IMG/VR virus record: IMGVR_UViG_3300015203_000007
Span: 2,036 to 66,035 of that record
Direction: 5' to 3' (one strand)
Length of the DNA: 64,000 nucleotides
DNA from: a virus
Below the pieces are notes generated by a model. That model had not been told where the DNA came from. It did not search any database and saw only the letters and a list, made by a program, of their open reading frames with translations. Position numbers and translations under genes: made by a program. Shown here piece by piece: positions 16,889-27,446 of the stretch. The stretch's first letter is position 1. Each line of letters opens with the position of its first letter.

Positions 16889-19800
16889 GTGCCTCCGTCA
16901 ATCTGATTCTTGATGTTGGTAAGAGTAGTCTTGAAGTTCTTAGCGAAGCTCTTACCCTTCGTGCTGCCTAGAACCTGCAAATGGATGTTGTTTCCATCTA
17001 CACTCATTACCTGATACGGCCGGATCTCTCCGTCGTCATCGCGGATCGTGAAAGTGTCTCCCGTTGCAAGCTTCTCTACGTCAATTGTAGCAGAAGGGGC
17101 ATCCACGGGCTTGACATTGATGGTACTCTGATCGGTTGCGATCTTCTTGACTAGGGTTGTGCTCTTGGCGGGCACTTCCAGCTTCGTTGGCTGACCATCG
17201 ACATTCGTAGCCTTCTCGACCAAGAAGAACTTGCCCTCATGCGAGGTTCCCGTGATCTTCCAGACCCATCCTGTGTTCGTCTCGAAGGTGTCACCCGTTC
17301 CAAGCTCGTTTACCGGCACCTGTTCACCCGGTAGCGGCTCTCCGGCCTCCTTGAAAGCGTCATGCGCCCAATCCAGCGGCTTATCGAACTGCGTCGCTAC
17401 GCGAGCTACGGCCTCCTTCTGAGGGGTACCCGATTCCACCGTTGTGCGAACCGCCTTGACGAAGGATTCGGCTTGTGGCTTTGTGGGAGTCGGATACCCG
17501 ATGAAAGGATACGTCTGTGCTGCATTAGAAACGTAATACTCTTCTCCGGTCTTCTGTGAAGTAACCTTGGACACGGCATTAGCATATCTTTCAGTGACTA
17601 CGAAGAGATTCCCCGCATCACCAGGGATTCCCTGAGTAGAGAGAGTGCTGTTCGCAATAAGAATCTTGTCGCCCGTCGAATTCTCACTCATTGTGCGACC
17701 AGTCTCATCATAGAGAGACGTGTCTAGCTCATTTGGAGTCCATGTGACTTCTTCTGGCGTTGGCGGATCTACTGCCACTGGCGGTGCTTCTGCGGGGATC
17801 AGAAGATCGACCATCTTGTGACCGAACTTTTGAATCAGATGTGGTGTGACCGTAAGCGTGTCCTCCTGCGCAGATCCCGGAGTCTTGTCTACGGCCTTGA
17901 TCGTACGAGAACCGTCCGCATTCTGAGATACGAACTGCCACTTCCAATATTCGCCGTTGACAACCTTTTGTCCGTAAATGTCACCGACCTGTAGTTCATT
18001 GCGAGACACCTGAGTTGCGACCATAGGCGTAGGCGGTTCTACCACTGCTGCGGGAGGCGGTGGCGGTGGAGTTGGAATCGGTGTTGGTTCCGGTGTCACT
18101 CTGACCGGCTTTGGTACTACGCTTGGCGCAACCTCTGGTAGCGGTGCGGCTTCTACCGGCGTGTTGTCACCACGGCTCACGAACTCTGCGCCCTGCTTGA
18201 CAGCGTTGGAACCATTGTTCAGTGCGAAATCAGTGTGAGCCGGATCTAGAGACTTGAAAGAGAAATACGGGTGGTCGGACTTTTCGACCTGAGCCAAGAT
18301 CGGCGTTCCTCCGTAATTGTTGGAAATCACCTTCACCTTGTCGCCAACCTTTAGTTCTGGGAGCGCCACCATCTGACCGGGCTGTGGAGTTGGTTCCTTG
18401 CCGGTGTAGGCTGTCACGCGCAGATTACGCACGCGAGAGTAGGCGAGATTGATTGCGAAATCGTCAGGCTTGGAAAGCCATGCTACCTCTGTCCAGTTTC
18501 CACCCTGTTCGTAGATGCGTCCAATCGCTCCCTTGTATTCGACCAGAGATCCCGCCGGGAAGTAGTTGATGCGCGCAGATCCATCAGGGCCAGTAACGAT
18601 GTCGTAAGGCTCTTCATTGATGCTGTACTTGTCACCCGATGTACCAAGTTCGCGCGTGACGATCTCTCCCGTCGGGTTTCCGTAGCTGTCGAGCATAGCG
18701 AGATCCATCGCGTACTTCGTGTTGTAACTTCCTGTGGCACCCTGCACTACGAAGAACTTTGCGCCTGTAGAGTTGTCACGAACATAGTCACCACGGGTTG
18801 CCGATGCTAGCTGATTGGCTACCAGAGTCTTGGCGTCATAAGCTTCGGTGAACTTCTTCTCCGGCTCGCTTCCATCCTTGGATGCGTGCAGCACAATTGG
18901 CGCGTTGGAGATTCCCCAACTTCCCGTCCAAGACATCGCGGCCTTCTTCTCCATGATCGTCTTGACTTCGCCAACGTGGTTTCCGTTCTCGTCAATCTCG
19001 ATGCCCTTTGTGGTTCTCTTCTGGACGCTCGAAACCACCCAACGCTTACCCTTCGCGTAGATGTACTGACCCTTGACCGGATCCGACTTGAGCGTGTCGG
19101 TAGTGATGTACAGCTTCAATCCCTTGACCGGCTTCGGCCCATTGTTGGCAGACTTGACAAGGAACTTCTTGCTGTCCACTACGTGCTGCTGACCACCCAT
19201 ATCGGCAAGCACTGTCTTGTTTCCGTCATGGCTAACCACCATGTAGAAGTAGTTGGCAGACACGACCATCGCACCGGGCGACCACACATCTACGCTGTCA
19301 ATCAGTGCAGACTTCTTGGCATATCCGGCAGACTCAGACGGATTTGGGGAAACCTCCGGGTGATGTTCTGCTACTCCGTAGTGGATCAGTTCAGTGTCGG
19401 GCGGAAATTCTCTTAGGGCAGGCTTCGGATTGACATTGTTCTTTCCGTGGACGTCCTTGTAAGCGTTCGTAATCGCTGTTCCGTCAGTCTTGTGACCGAT
19501 TACGACATAGGTCGCGTTGCCGTAGTCCTGTTCGTTCTTCACGACATCGCCAACCTTCAAATCGCTCGCGAAACGGCGACCAGTGTCAATCACGCTGATC
19601 GGATCTGCGCCGGATAGAGAAACCGTGACCGACTTGCTGCCCTCAATGTCGTCACCATTCTTGTCTACCGGCACAAGTGTTGCAGTAGTTCCGGAGTCAG
19701 GCTCTTCTACGCGCCACTGAGTACCGTTCTTCGTCTGGATGATGTATCCGCCGCGAGTATCGCCAATGATCGTGTCATAGCTCTTGCCCTGTGGCAGAGA

Positions 19801-22800
19801 TGCAGGACGGAAGCTGTCAGGAGTCTTTAGGTCTGTGTCGGTTCCTAGGAACGTGTACATCGCACCGGCATCGTAGAACGGCTCTGGTTCACCCGTCTCG
19901 TAATTGACGAACGGGTTCTCGCGCACGTTCGGTGCCTGTGCGATCTTGAGCTTCACGCCGTCACCGGTCTGAACCACATCGCCAATCCACAACTGCTTGG
20001 CCGGTACGGACTGGCCTACTGTTGGACGCTCTGGGGCTGTCAGCACGTTCACGTACTGTTCTCCGTCATAGAGTGCGACATTGCCGTCTACGCGAGCACT
20101 TCCGTATCCATCCTTGATGGAACGTGTGATCTTACCGTTGATGTACGTCTCGCCCGGAAGACTCTCGATCTGATCGCCTACATTCAGATCCTTGACCTGA
20201 GCCTGCGTCTTCCCCACGCCCACGAACATCTGTGGCTTTGCGGGGATTCCAGACGGCACGACCTTGTTGGCCTTTTCAAGCTGTGTTGTTGGTGCCTGGT
20301 CAGTGGTCGGGTTCGGAGACGAAATGTTGACCATATCGCCCTCGAAAGAGTCAACTCGCCAATAGCGTCTGTTGTAAACGAATGTGTCGCCCACCTTCAA
20401 GTCCTCTAGCCACGTAGTACCGGCGTAAGGGCCAACGGTCTGGGCGTCAACTACGTCAAGCGGCTCACGACGGGTGTACTTGACCTTCTGTACTGGCGTG
20501 ACTTCACCGAACTGACCACGAAGGTGCGTGTGGCTAGTTCCCGTGTACGTGGCGAAAATCTTGCCATCGTTCGTGATGTTGGCAATCTTTAGCTCGTCAC
20601 CGTGCTCGTCAGTGAAGACATCACCTAGTCCAAGGCGCTGTAGGTTGACCGTCTCACCGATCTTTGGTGGCGGCGGTGGCGGATGTCCTTCCTTGAGAAC
20701 GGCAACCGGGTACGATCCATCGAATGTGCGCTCTGTGTCGGGCAGTGGCACATTGTCGTCATCTACCTGAATGGCGCGAGTCTCTTCACCGTGCTTAGCA
20801 ACCTTCAAGACCTGGAAACGCTGTCCCCACGGTGTAAGGACAATTGCGTCCTCTAGCTGATCGGGGAACGTGGAGTGAGTCTTAGCCTTGAGGTATTCAT
20901 CCGTCCAGTCAGGAACCTCCACAGCAAGGTTGACAACCGGAACCTTTGTGTCATCATTCGGAATCTTCCACATCTTCTGATCGCCACCCGTGACGTTGTA
21001 CGGAGCGAGAAAAAGAACTCCCTTGTGCTCGATTCCAATGTGCTGCCACTGATTGCCTTCTGTGTCTTCGACTACCTCACCGATTCCAAGATCGCTGGCG
21101 CGAACTCTCGGCTTTGCCTGAGAGAACTCGTCTTCTGCCTTGAAGGTCTTCTTCTCGGGAGTGACCTTGGCACCAAGCTTGTCGGCGTACGAAGTCGCAT
21201 CGACACCGTTGATGTCAACCTTGTCGATGTGCCAAACGGTACCATCAGCGTCAGAGAAGAAACTTCCCGCCTTGTAAGAACCGACAGGCTTCTTTGGCTC
21301 AAGGAATCCCTGCGACCACGCCTTGATGCTGTCCCAGTAAGATCCCGGCTTTGGCTTTCCTGTTCCCGACAGCGCATTCATCTTCTTCCACGTCTCATCT
21401 CCACCGGGCCAATATCCTCCGGCCTTGGTGATGATCGTGTTGTCGAGATCGAAGAACATCTCCTGCTGAACCACGTACTCAGCTTCACCGGGGGAGTGAA
21501 GTGCTGTCAGGTGATTAAGAACCGCAATCTGGCGAATCGGCATTCGAGCCACGATCATGCTACCACCACTACCGAATCCTTCCATACCCATGTTCGTAGT
21601 CCACGACAATCCACCGTAATACGGATATCCACCGGCTAGTGGGCCATGTGTAATTCCTGGCGCGCTTTCAGCGTACTGAGCTTCTTCGGCCCACTTCTGA
21701 GTCAAGTCAGGATCGGTGTTATTGAAGTGGAAGAGAATGATGCTGGGGTCACGGATACGATTGTAAAGATCCCACGAAGCCACATCTCTCATGTTGTGCA
21801 GGAGATTGTTGGCGTTCATGTACCGCTGAGAAATCTTCTCCGGATCCTTCGATCCGTAGATGTTCATGTTGTTGTTGCCGGTATTGTGCGGGAAAAAGTA
21901 GTCGAAGATGAAACCTAGATCGGTAGCAAACTTGCCTGTTCCCGCCTGCTTGCTTAGAGCATTGGAGATATCCTGATTCGCTGTTCCCTCGGCGGCGTTT
22001 CGCACCTTGGAAATCTGATGCTTACCGGATCCGTCAGTCCAAGCACCAAACTTCTCAGTCAGATCGTTGTAACGCTTCTGATCGTTCGCACCAAAGTTCT
22101 CCCACTGCGCATCCGTCAGGGATCCGTTCTCATGCTGCTTGATGCTCGGATCGTGCGGAGCCGTATCTGGCGTATTGGAAATAGCCGGACGACCGAATAC
22201 CGTTACATCGTCACTAGTCGTCGGAGCGATGGTATGAGCAACACCCTTCTTGGCTGCTAGGTGCTGTGGGTAGTAGCCTTCCTTCGGCGAATTCTTGTAT
22301 CCAGCGTAAGCGGCGATGGCAGCTTCGTTCTGCGCGTTGTCAACATGCACCAAAAGCGTGTTTAGCTTGTCAAGCGTGAAATCGGCAAAATCGGTCACGA
22401 ATGCGGCCCACGTTTCGTGGTACTCGGGAGCCGAATCGTCCTCTGGGGCGATTTGTGGCCATTCCTTGGAAGCCTCTTCCTTGGCTAGTGGCGTATCGAG
22501 CGTAACATCGGCCATACCAATCATTCGAGCGGTAGGAGCCACATCGAAAGGATTCACTCCAACCGGCTTTACCTCTACATAGCTCTCGCCCGCTCGACCA
22601 GTGACTTCCCACTCAAGATGGTTCGCATCCTGGAACTTCGTGCCTACCGGCAGATCCGAAAGCTTCGTCTTGTCACTCTTCGAAGGCTTTGGCGTCTCGA
22701 TGACCGGAGCCTTCGGGATGACCGTACGAAGCAACATGCGCGCGATGACCTTATCGCCTGTGGCACCCTTAGCGCGGAATAGCTGTAGATCCTCGATATC

Positions 22801-23097
22801 CTTGGCACCCTTGACGTAGAACCCCATCTCGATTCGCGTATCCGAAGGGCCGTTCGTCTCTGGTTCAGGGCCAAGTAGTTCCTTGATCGAGTCGGTATCG
22901 AACGTCTCCTTGAAGTCGCCACCCACGTTCTTTCCGGCGATGATCGTACCCTTCGGCCATCTCGGGTGAAGTTCGGGCTTCCAGAGAACATCTTCTACGT
23001 GCGTAACTGTGTCATTTCCAGCGGAAAGCGAAAGTCGAAGCGTAGGACGCTTTACGACAATCTTCTCGTCCTCTTCCATGATGAGTGTTAGTGGCAT
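16873..23097 (-). CDS. 2074-aa polyvalent protein: HPR head-morphogenesis-type N-motif, ADP-ribosyltransferase-like domain, repeated beta-barrel modules
   Basis: WKPELHPRWPKG...GGDF; LFH...GLSWTT...GEAEYVV; at least 15 L..GD.F-type modules. Confidence 0.65.
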   Translation of the reverse strand: MPLTLIMEEDEKIVVKRPTLRLSLSAGNDTVTHVEDVLWKPELHPRWPKGTIIAGKNVGGDFKETFDTDSIKELLGPEPETNGPSDTRIEMGFYVKGAKDIEDLQLFRAKGATGDKVIARMLLRTVIPKAPVIETPKPSKSDKTKLSDLPVGTKFQDANHLEWEVTGRAGESYVEVKPVGVNPFDVAPTARMIGMADVTLDTPLAKEEASKEWPQIAPEDDSAPEYHETWAAFVTDFADFTLDKLNTLLVHVDNAQNEAAIAAYAGYKNSPKEGYYPQHLAAKKGVAHTIAPTTSDDVTVFGRPAISNTPDTAPHDPSIKQHENGSLTDAQWENFGANDQKRYNDLTEKFGAWTDGSGKHQISKVRNAAEGTANQDISNALSKQAGTGKFATDLGFIFDYFFPHNTGNNNMNIYGSKDPEKISQRYMNANNLLHNMRDVASWDLYNRIRDPSIILFHFNNTDPDLTQKWAEEAQYAESAPGITHGPLAGGYPYYGGLSWTTNMGMEGFGSGGSMIVARMPIRQIAVLNHLTALHSPGEAEYVVQQEMFFDLDNTIITKAGGYWPGGDETWKKMNALSGTGKPKPGSYWDSIKAWSQGFLEPKKPVGSYKAGSFFSDADGTVWHIDKVDINGVDATSYADKLGAKVTPEKKTFKAEDEFSQAKPRVRASDLGIGEVVEDTEGNQWQHIGIEHKGVLFLAPYNVTGGDQKMWKIPNDDTKVPVVNLAVEVPDWTDEYLKAKTHSTFPDQLEDAIVLTPWGQRFQVLKVAKHGEETRAIQVDDDNVPLPDTERTFDGSYPVAVLKEGHPPPPPPKIGETVNLQRLGLGDVFTDEHGDELKIANITNDGKIFATYTGTSHTHLRGQFGEVTPVQKVKYTRREPLDVVDAQTVGPYAGTTWLEDLKVGDTFVYNRRYWRVDSFEGDMVNISSPNPTTDQAPTTQLEKANKVVPSGIPAKPQMFVGVGKTQAQVKDLNVGDQIESLPGETYINGKITRSIKDGYGSARVDGNVALYDGEQYVNVLTAPERPTVGQSVPAKQLWIGDVVQTGDGVKLKIAQAPNVRENPFVNYETGEPEPFYDAGAMYTFLGTDTDLKTPDSFRPASLPQGKSYDTIIGDTRGGYIIQTKNGTQWRVEEPDSGTTATLVPVDKNGDDIEGSKSVTVSLSGADPISVIDTGRRFASDLKVGDVVKNEQDYGNATYVVIGHKTDGTAITNAYKDVHGKNNVNPKPALREFPPDTELIHYGVAEHHPEVSPNPSESAGYAKKSALIDSVDVWSPGAMVVSANYFYMVVSHDGNKTVLADMGGQQHVVDSKKFLVKSANNGPKPVKGLKLYITTDTLKSDPVKGQYIYAKGKRWVVSSVQKRTTKGIEIDENGNHVGEVKTIMEKKAAMSWTGSWGISNAPIVLHASKDGSEPEKKFTEAYDAKTLVANQLASATRGDYVRDNSTGAKFFVVQGATGSYNTKYAMDLAMLDSYGNPTGEIVTRELGTSGDKYSINEEPYDIVTGPDGSARINYFPAGSLVEYKGAIGRIYEQGGNWTEVAWLSKPDDFAINLAYSRVRNLRVTAYTGKEPTPQPGQMVALPELKVGDKVKVISNNYGGTPILAQVEKSDHPYFSFKSLDPAHTDFALNNGSNAVKQGAEFVSRGDNTPVEAAPLPEVAPSVVPKPVRVTPEPTPIPTPPPPPPAAVVEPPTPMVATQVSRNELQVGDIYGQKVVNGEYWKWQFVSQNADGSRTIKAVDKTPGSAQEDTLTVTPHLIQKFGHKMVDLLIPAEAPPVAVDPPTPEEVTWTPNELDTSLYDETGRTMSENSTGDKILIANSTLSTQGIPGDAGNLFVVTERYANAVSKVTSQKTGEEYYVSNAAQTYPFIGYPTPTKPQAESFVKAVRTTVESGTPQKEAVARVATQFDKPLDWAHDAFKEAGEPLPGEQVPVNELGTGDTFETNTGWVWKITGTSHEGKFFLVEKATNVDGQPTKLEVPAKSTTLVKKIATDQSTINVKPVDAPSATIDVEKLATGDTFTIRDDDGEIRPYQVMSVDGNNIHLQVLGSTKGKSFAKNFKTTLTNIKNQIDGGTWTPM

Positions 23098-23146
23098 TCT
23101 GGTCCGCGACTTTCATTTCTCTGCGCGCAAAAATTTTGAAACACAG

Positions 23147-25684
23147 CTATTCACCCCTAAGGGCATCGACAACCGCTGTGACAAACTTCTGCTCCTGGTC
23201 GGGCATGATGCTCTCAGCGAAGTGAATGATGCCCTCGGACTCATCGAAGAATGCGAGCGGCCCGTCTTCATCGGCATGACGTTCTACTGCCAGTGTCAGT
23301 CCAGCCGGAATCGGACGCCAAGCTAGCGTTCCATTCGGGTGATCCTGAATGTGTAGAGCCTCTGCCACTGGGAAAATCTTTCCATTGCGTTCGATGCACT
23401 CGCGATCCGTGTGGGTGTTGCGTCCACCGGAAGCGTCGCTTGCCTGTACGTGAGTGATGCCACTCTTCTGTGCTGCCAATAGTGTACCAGCATTGTAGGC
23501 ATCTCTAGCCTCACTGCGGGCAAGACGCTCAGCCTTCCAGTCCGGCCACTGGGAGAAGTTCTCATCAATAGCCTTGGAGATTTCCAGCGGCGTCTTGTCA
23601 GTAGCTAGCTGATTGCCTAGGAATACCTGCAATTCATTGCGCGTGCTGTCAGTGACGTGACGTACTAGCTGTGCTCCGTGCAGAGCCATCCAGCTACGAA
23701 CATCGCTGTTGTCCATCTTCCAGTCGATGTCAAGCTTTAGCTCCTTCATCTCCTTCTTCGCAGCGGAAGACGCAATCGTCTGATACGCCTTGACACTCTT
23801 GGCAACCGCCGCCTTGAAGATCGCTTCTGCGGCGGCAATAGTGGCGTTGATAAGTACATGCGCAGGATCCTCCTTGATTGGGTCGTCAGAGAGATTCAGT
23901 CCAGCAACGTGGTCTGCGATCATGGCGTAGTATTCAGCGAATGCTCCGGCCCACGTATCGCGGATGAACGAAGCTGCCTTGAGTGCGGCGTCATCGTCCT
24001 TGTAGTAGCGTAGATCCTTGATCTTCTCAGCGAACGGGCCAAGAGGATACTCGTCCTCAGAGAACTGGAACTGCTGCCAGTCAGTGTTCTGTGGGCCTCG
24101 CGTAGTTCCCGGTGGCTTCTTAGCCGGTGCCTTGTCGTTCGTTCCTCCGGTGTTCGGAACTACCTGCGGGCCAGCACTCGCGCTTGTTGGGCCTGTTCCT
24201 GGCTGTAGCTGCGCCGTAGCCTTGGCAAGCGTGATCTGCTGCTGTGTCTGCATATCAAGCTGCTGCTGCTGATCCTTGATCTCCTGATCCTTCTCGGCCT
24301 TGACCTGCTCGGGAGTCTTCACCGGCACGCTCATCTGCTGCATAAGCTCACGCACGTCAACCTCAAGCGCGTTCGGATCTGCCTGTCCAACAAGCGTTAG
24401 TAGCTGCATCACTAGGCTGTGATCTGCGCTAGAGAATCCACGGCTCACCCATCTGCACTTCCCCTTGTAAGTCGGGAAGTTGACAGCGACAAGCTGTGGG
24501 ATCATGTAGCGGTTAATCATATCCGCGAACTCGACCATCTCTGTGGCCTGTGCCTCAGTGAAGAAGTCGGCTAGCTGCTCAGCGACACCGGAACTGTTCG
24601 CTCCACCGGATCCCTGGATTAGCGCCTGCTCAGGGACTAGGATCGAACGAAGCTTCATCACGTCTAGGTAATCGAACTGTGTCTGGAACTCGGACGCCAC
24701 ATTTCCCGGCGGCTGTAGGTACTCAATGCTCCACTCAGGGATCTGTGTCACCTTGCCGTCGTCACCACGGATGAGAGTGTTCGGAAGCGTGATCGTGTGA
24801 CCGGCACGCACGTCCATACCTAGCGACTGCGCGATAGAGCGAAGGTCTACCGGCTGTCCAGTCTGGTCGTCAATCAGTACGTCGTCGGGGTAACGCACAA
24901 TAGTGCTGGGGTCGGAGCTACGCTCCATGTAGCGATCTCTAAGCGCCCATCCGTACCAGTAAGACCACCAGTAACGGTAGGCGTACCCGATGCGCGGATA
25001 GCCCCAGATGGAACCGTGCATGGACGCCTTCTCATTCGTCACCCATAGAGCATGCTCTACGTCTACACGGTCTGGTCGATTCTTTTGTGTGGCAGCACCC
25101 GGAACTGCCATTGTACCGCGCGTGAATCCATCGAACTCACCCGTGGCGTCATCCCACTCGGGATATGCTAGCTCGGGCGGAACGGAAGTGAACGGCTTCC
25201 AAATGATCGGGTCTACTGTCGATGTCCATACAGGCTTAGACACGGGGTTGTTTGGATCAGACGTGTCAGTGTACGTCCAATCCACAGGCTGCTGTGCGAA
25301 GTTCTTCACGATGGCCTGGAAACCGTAGTCGTACTTGAGGCTATACTTCATCATCAAGTCCTCGAAGATGAGTCCAAGACTCTCCTTCACGAAGGCAGCA
25401 ATCTGCTGATCCTCGCAGTCAATGAACCACGGAGCACGCACAAGTGGCAACTTCACGAACTGCAATCCGAAAGCGATCATCGGATCACGACGCATCTGCC
25501 GTAGCTTGTTGAGCGGAATGTGAGTAGTGTCAAACGGCTGCCCTAGGTGCGCAGACATCTGACCCCAGTTGACGAAGCCGGACTGCTCGCGAACGCTCGG
25601 CCCCTTGTCTACCAGTAGCATCTTGGCTAGCTTGGCGCGGCGTGCCGCGTCCATATTTCCATCGTTAACGGCCAAACGGATCAC
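23147..25684 (-). CDS. portal protein (DUF935-like) fused to C-terminal MuF/head-morphogenesis domain
   Basis: Follows TerL; MRRDP.I...L, YRYWW, INRYMIPQLVAVNF portal signatures; AERLARSE..A.NAG, C..RNGKIF, HPN MuF signatures. Confidence 0.8.
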   Translation of the reverse strand: MIRLAVNDGNMDAARRAKLAKMLLVDKGPSVREQSGFVNWGQMSAHLGQPFDTTHIPLNKLRQMRRDPMIAFGLQFVKLPLVRAPWFIDCEDQQIAAFVKESLGLIFEDLMMKYSLKYDYGFQAIVKNFAQQPVDWTYTDTSDPNNPVSKPVWTSTVDPIIWKPFTSVPPELAYPEWDDATGEFDGFTRGTMAVPGAATQKNRPDRVDVEHALWVTNEKASMHGSIWGYPRIGYAYRYWWSYWYGWALRDRYMERSSDPSTIVRYPDDVLIDDQTGQPVDLRSIAQSLGMDVRAGHTITLPNTLIRGDDGKVTQIPEWSIEYLQPPGNVASEFQTQFDYLDVMKLRSILVPEQALIQGSGGANSSGVAEQLADFFTEAQATEMVEFADMINRYMIPQLVAVNFPTYKGKCRWVSRGFSSADHSLVMQLLTLVGQADPNALEVDVRELMQQMSVPVKTPEQVKAEKDQEIKDQQQQLDMQTQQQITLAKATAQLQPGTGPTSASAGPQVVPNTGGTNDKAPAKKPPGTTRGPQNTDWQQFQFSEDEYPLGPFAEKIKDLRYYKDDDAALKAASFIRDTWAGAFAEYYAMIADHVAGLNLSDDPIKEDPAHVLINATIAAAEAIFKAAVAKSVKAYQTIASSAAKKEMKELKLDIDWKMDNSDVRSWMALHGAQLVRHVTDSTRNELQVFLGNQLATDKTPLEISKAIDENFSQWPDWKAERLARSEARDAYNAGTLLAAQKSGITHVQASDASGGRNTHTDRECIERNGKIFPVAEALHIQDHPNGTLAWRPIPAGLTLAVERHADEDGPLAFFDESEGIIHFAESIMPDQEQKFVTAVVDALRGE

Positions 25685-27446
25685 TTCCTACTGGGCTTCC
25701 TAGACCAGCGCGCCACTTCTCAGTGTTGGCGATTGCGCTAGATCCTGGTAGACGGGAACGGATATCACTGAGATTCTTCTGTGTCTCCTGATTGACGCGG
25801 ACTGTCGAAGGCAAGTCTCCCTTGCGGCGCGAACCTTCCAGCTTTGCCACGTTGGCAAGGCAATATCTCATGGCAGACATCGCATGGTCGAAGTCATCGA
25901 CAGGCTTCTCGGGATGTGGGTTGATGAATCCAGCACGCGGCTTAGCGTAGTGCCAGAAACCGATCTCTTCCACCATCATCGGGCACTGCTTGAAGTCCAC
26001 GTAGAACTTGTTGTCCTCGATCAACTCCTTGCAAATCTTGATCTGATCCACCACGTCACGGGACGTGTGCCACGTTGTGCGGATCGGTGGAGTGTGAGAG
26101 GCTAGGTCAAGTCGAGCCTGCGCGCCCTGCGGGTCAGCGAAGCGACCGGCAACGCGGAACTTTGGATACTGCTGTGTCCAAATCTGTTCCTTGAGCAAGA
26201 TCGTGTCCGCCAGCACCGTGTTCGGGATCTCGGCCTTGTAAAACTCACCGAAGGCTACGCGACTGCCCTCCTTGAGAATGATGTCCTGGCCTCCGTATCC
26301 CTTGGCGGCGACATCGAATCGAAGAACCTGCCACCACAGCACGGCGTTCGGGTTGGTAGATCCGAAGTCGATGCCCTGGTAGATCGGCCCGTTCTCAGGA
26401 TCCGGCGTGAAGTCCTGAATGCCACAACGCTCAAGCGAAAACTGTGGCAGAACGATATTGTCAGTTACGGGACGGCTGCACTGCTGCTGCGCTTCCCACG
26501 TCGAGCGCGGGTTCTGAGTGAAGAGGGACACGACATCGTTCCATACGATCCACCCGGAACTCTTGGCGAAGCGTCCCTGGCACACATCCTTGAGGTAGCG
26601 CGTGCTGCCATCGTCCCACTCACCCTTGGAAATCTTGTCGCACTCGCAGTCACCACAAATCGGGTCAGCGATTTGACATCCCTTGTTGGGCTTCGCTACC
26701 TCGAAGATGCACCAAGTGTAGAGATCGTATGGCGGCTTCGTTCCTGCCTGCTTGGCGTCATAGATCGCGTTGAGTAGATCCTGCATCGGGCCAACGGAAC
26801 CCTTGCGCGTGGACGTGATGATGTTCTGTGCTGGAATGACCACTCCACCCCGTGTTGATGTCTGCGCACAGTTACGGGACTCCTGAAATGCCTCAGGATC
26901 CATAAGCTCCTGCTCATCGACGTGAACGATATTGGGGTGCGGGCCATTGAAGGCTGCCTTCGTTCCAGCTACGATCTCTGTCTTGCATCCGTTGCGCCAC
27001 ACGATCTGTGTGACCTTCTTGGACACGATGCTACTCTCACCCTTCATGCGGATCAGTCCGTCAAGGTGGTCAAAGCAACGCTTAGACTGTGCTTCTGTCG
27101 CGCCGCCCGTCAGGGATGTGACGTTCTGCTTGAACTCAGCATTGCAGCGGTGAAGCATTGCAACCATGAAAGTCTTTGCCCCGCCCCGGTTCGCCAGAGC
27201 AAGCGCGGCGGTGGTTCGCACGAAATATAGGTCAGCCAAGAATGTGAAAGGGGCGACGTGACCAGCACATACCGCCACACGGGGGATATCGATATCGAAA
27301 GTGTCGAGGATCCACTTGTGCAAGTCGTCATCAGTCTGCGGCCCCTTCAAGTTCATCTTGGATTCGTATGCCTCTAGCTCCTTGGCGAGTGCTAGTAGCT
27401 CGGGCTTCGAGAGATGCTTGAGGCGATCTTCTAGCGGATTAGCCAA
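25665..27446 (-). CDS. terL: terminase large subunit
   Basis: TTG start after GAGG; Walker A-like ANRGGAKT, Walker B VHVDEQE, ITST, nuclease GIDFGSTNP, DP, DHAMSAMRY. Confidence 0.85.
   Translation of the reverse strand: MANPLEDRLKHLSKPELLALAKELEAYESKMNLKGPQTDDDLHKWILDTFDIDIPRVAVCAGHVAPFTFLADLYFVRTTAALALANRGGAKTFMVAMLHRCNAEFKQNVTSLTGGATEAQSKRCFDHLDGLIRMKGESSIVSKKVTQIVWRNGCKTEIVAGTKAAFNGPHPNIVHVDEQELMDPEAFQESRNCAQTSTRGGVVIPAQNIITSTRKGSVGPMQDLLNAIYDAKQAGTKPPYDLYTWCIFEVAKPNKGCQIADPICGDCECDKISKGEWDDGSTRYLKDVCQGRFAKSSGWIVWNDVVSLFTQNPRSTWEAQQQCSRPVTDNIVLPQFSLERCGIQDFTPDPENGPIYQGIDFGSTNPNAVLWWQVLRFDVAAKGYGGQDIILKEGSRVAFGEFYKAEIPNTVLADTILLKEQIWTQQYPKFRVAGRFADPQGAQARLDLASHTPPIRTTWHTSRDVVDQIKICKELIEDNKFYVDFKQCPMMVEEIGFWHYAKPRAGFINPHPEKPVDDFDHAMSAMRYCLANVAKLEGSRRKGDLPSTVRVNQETQKNLSDIRSRLPGSSAIANTEKWRAGLGSPVGSDPFGR

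Noticed and set aside
27170-27195. TerL Walker A variant RGGAKT
   Set aside because: The single G-to-A substitution is minor and all other ATPase and nuclease motifs are intact
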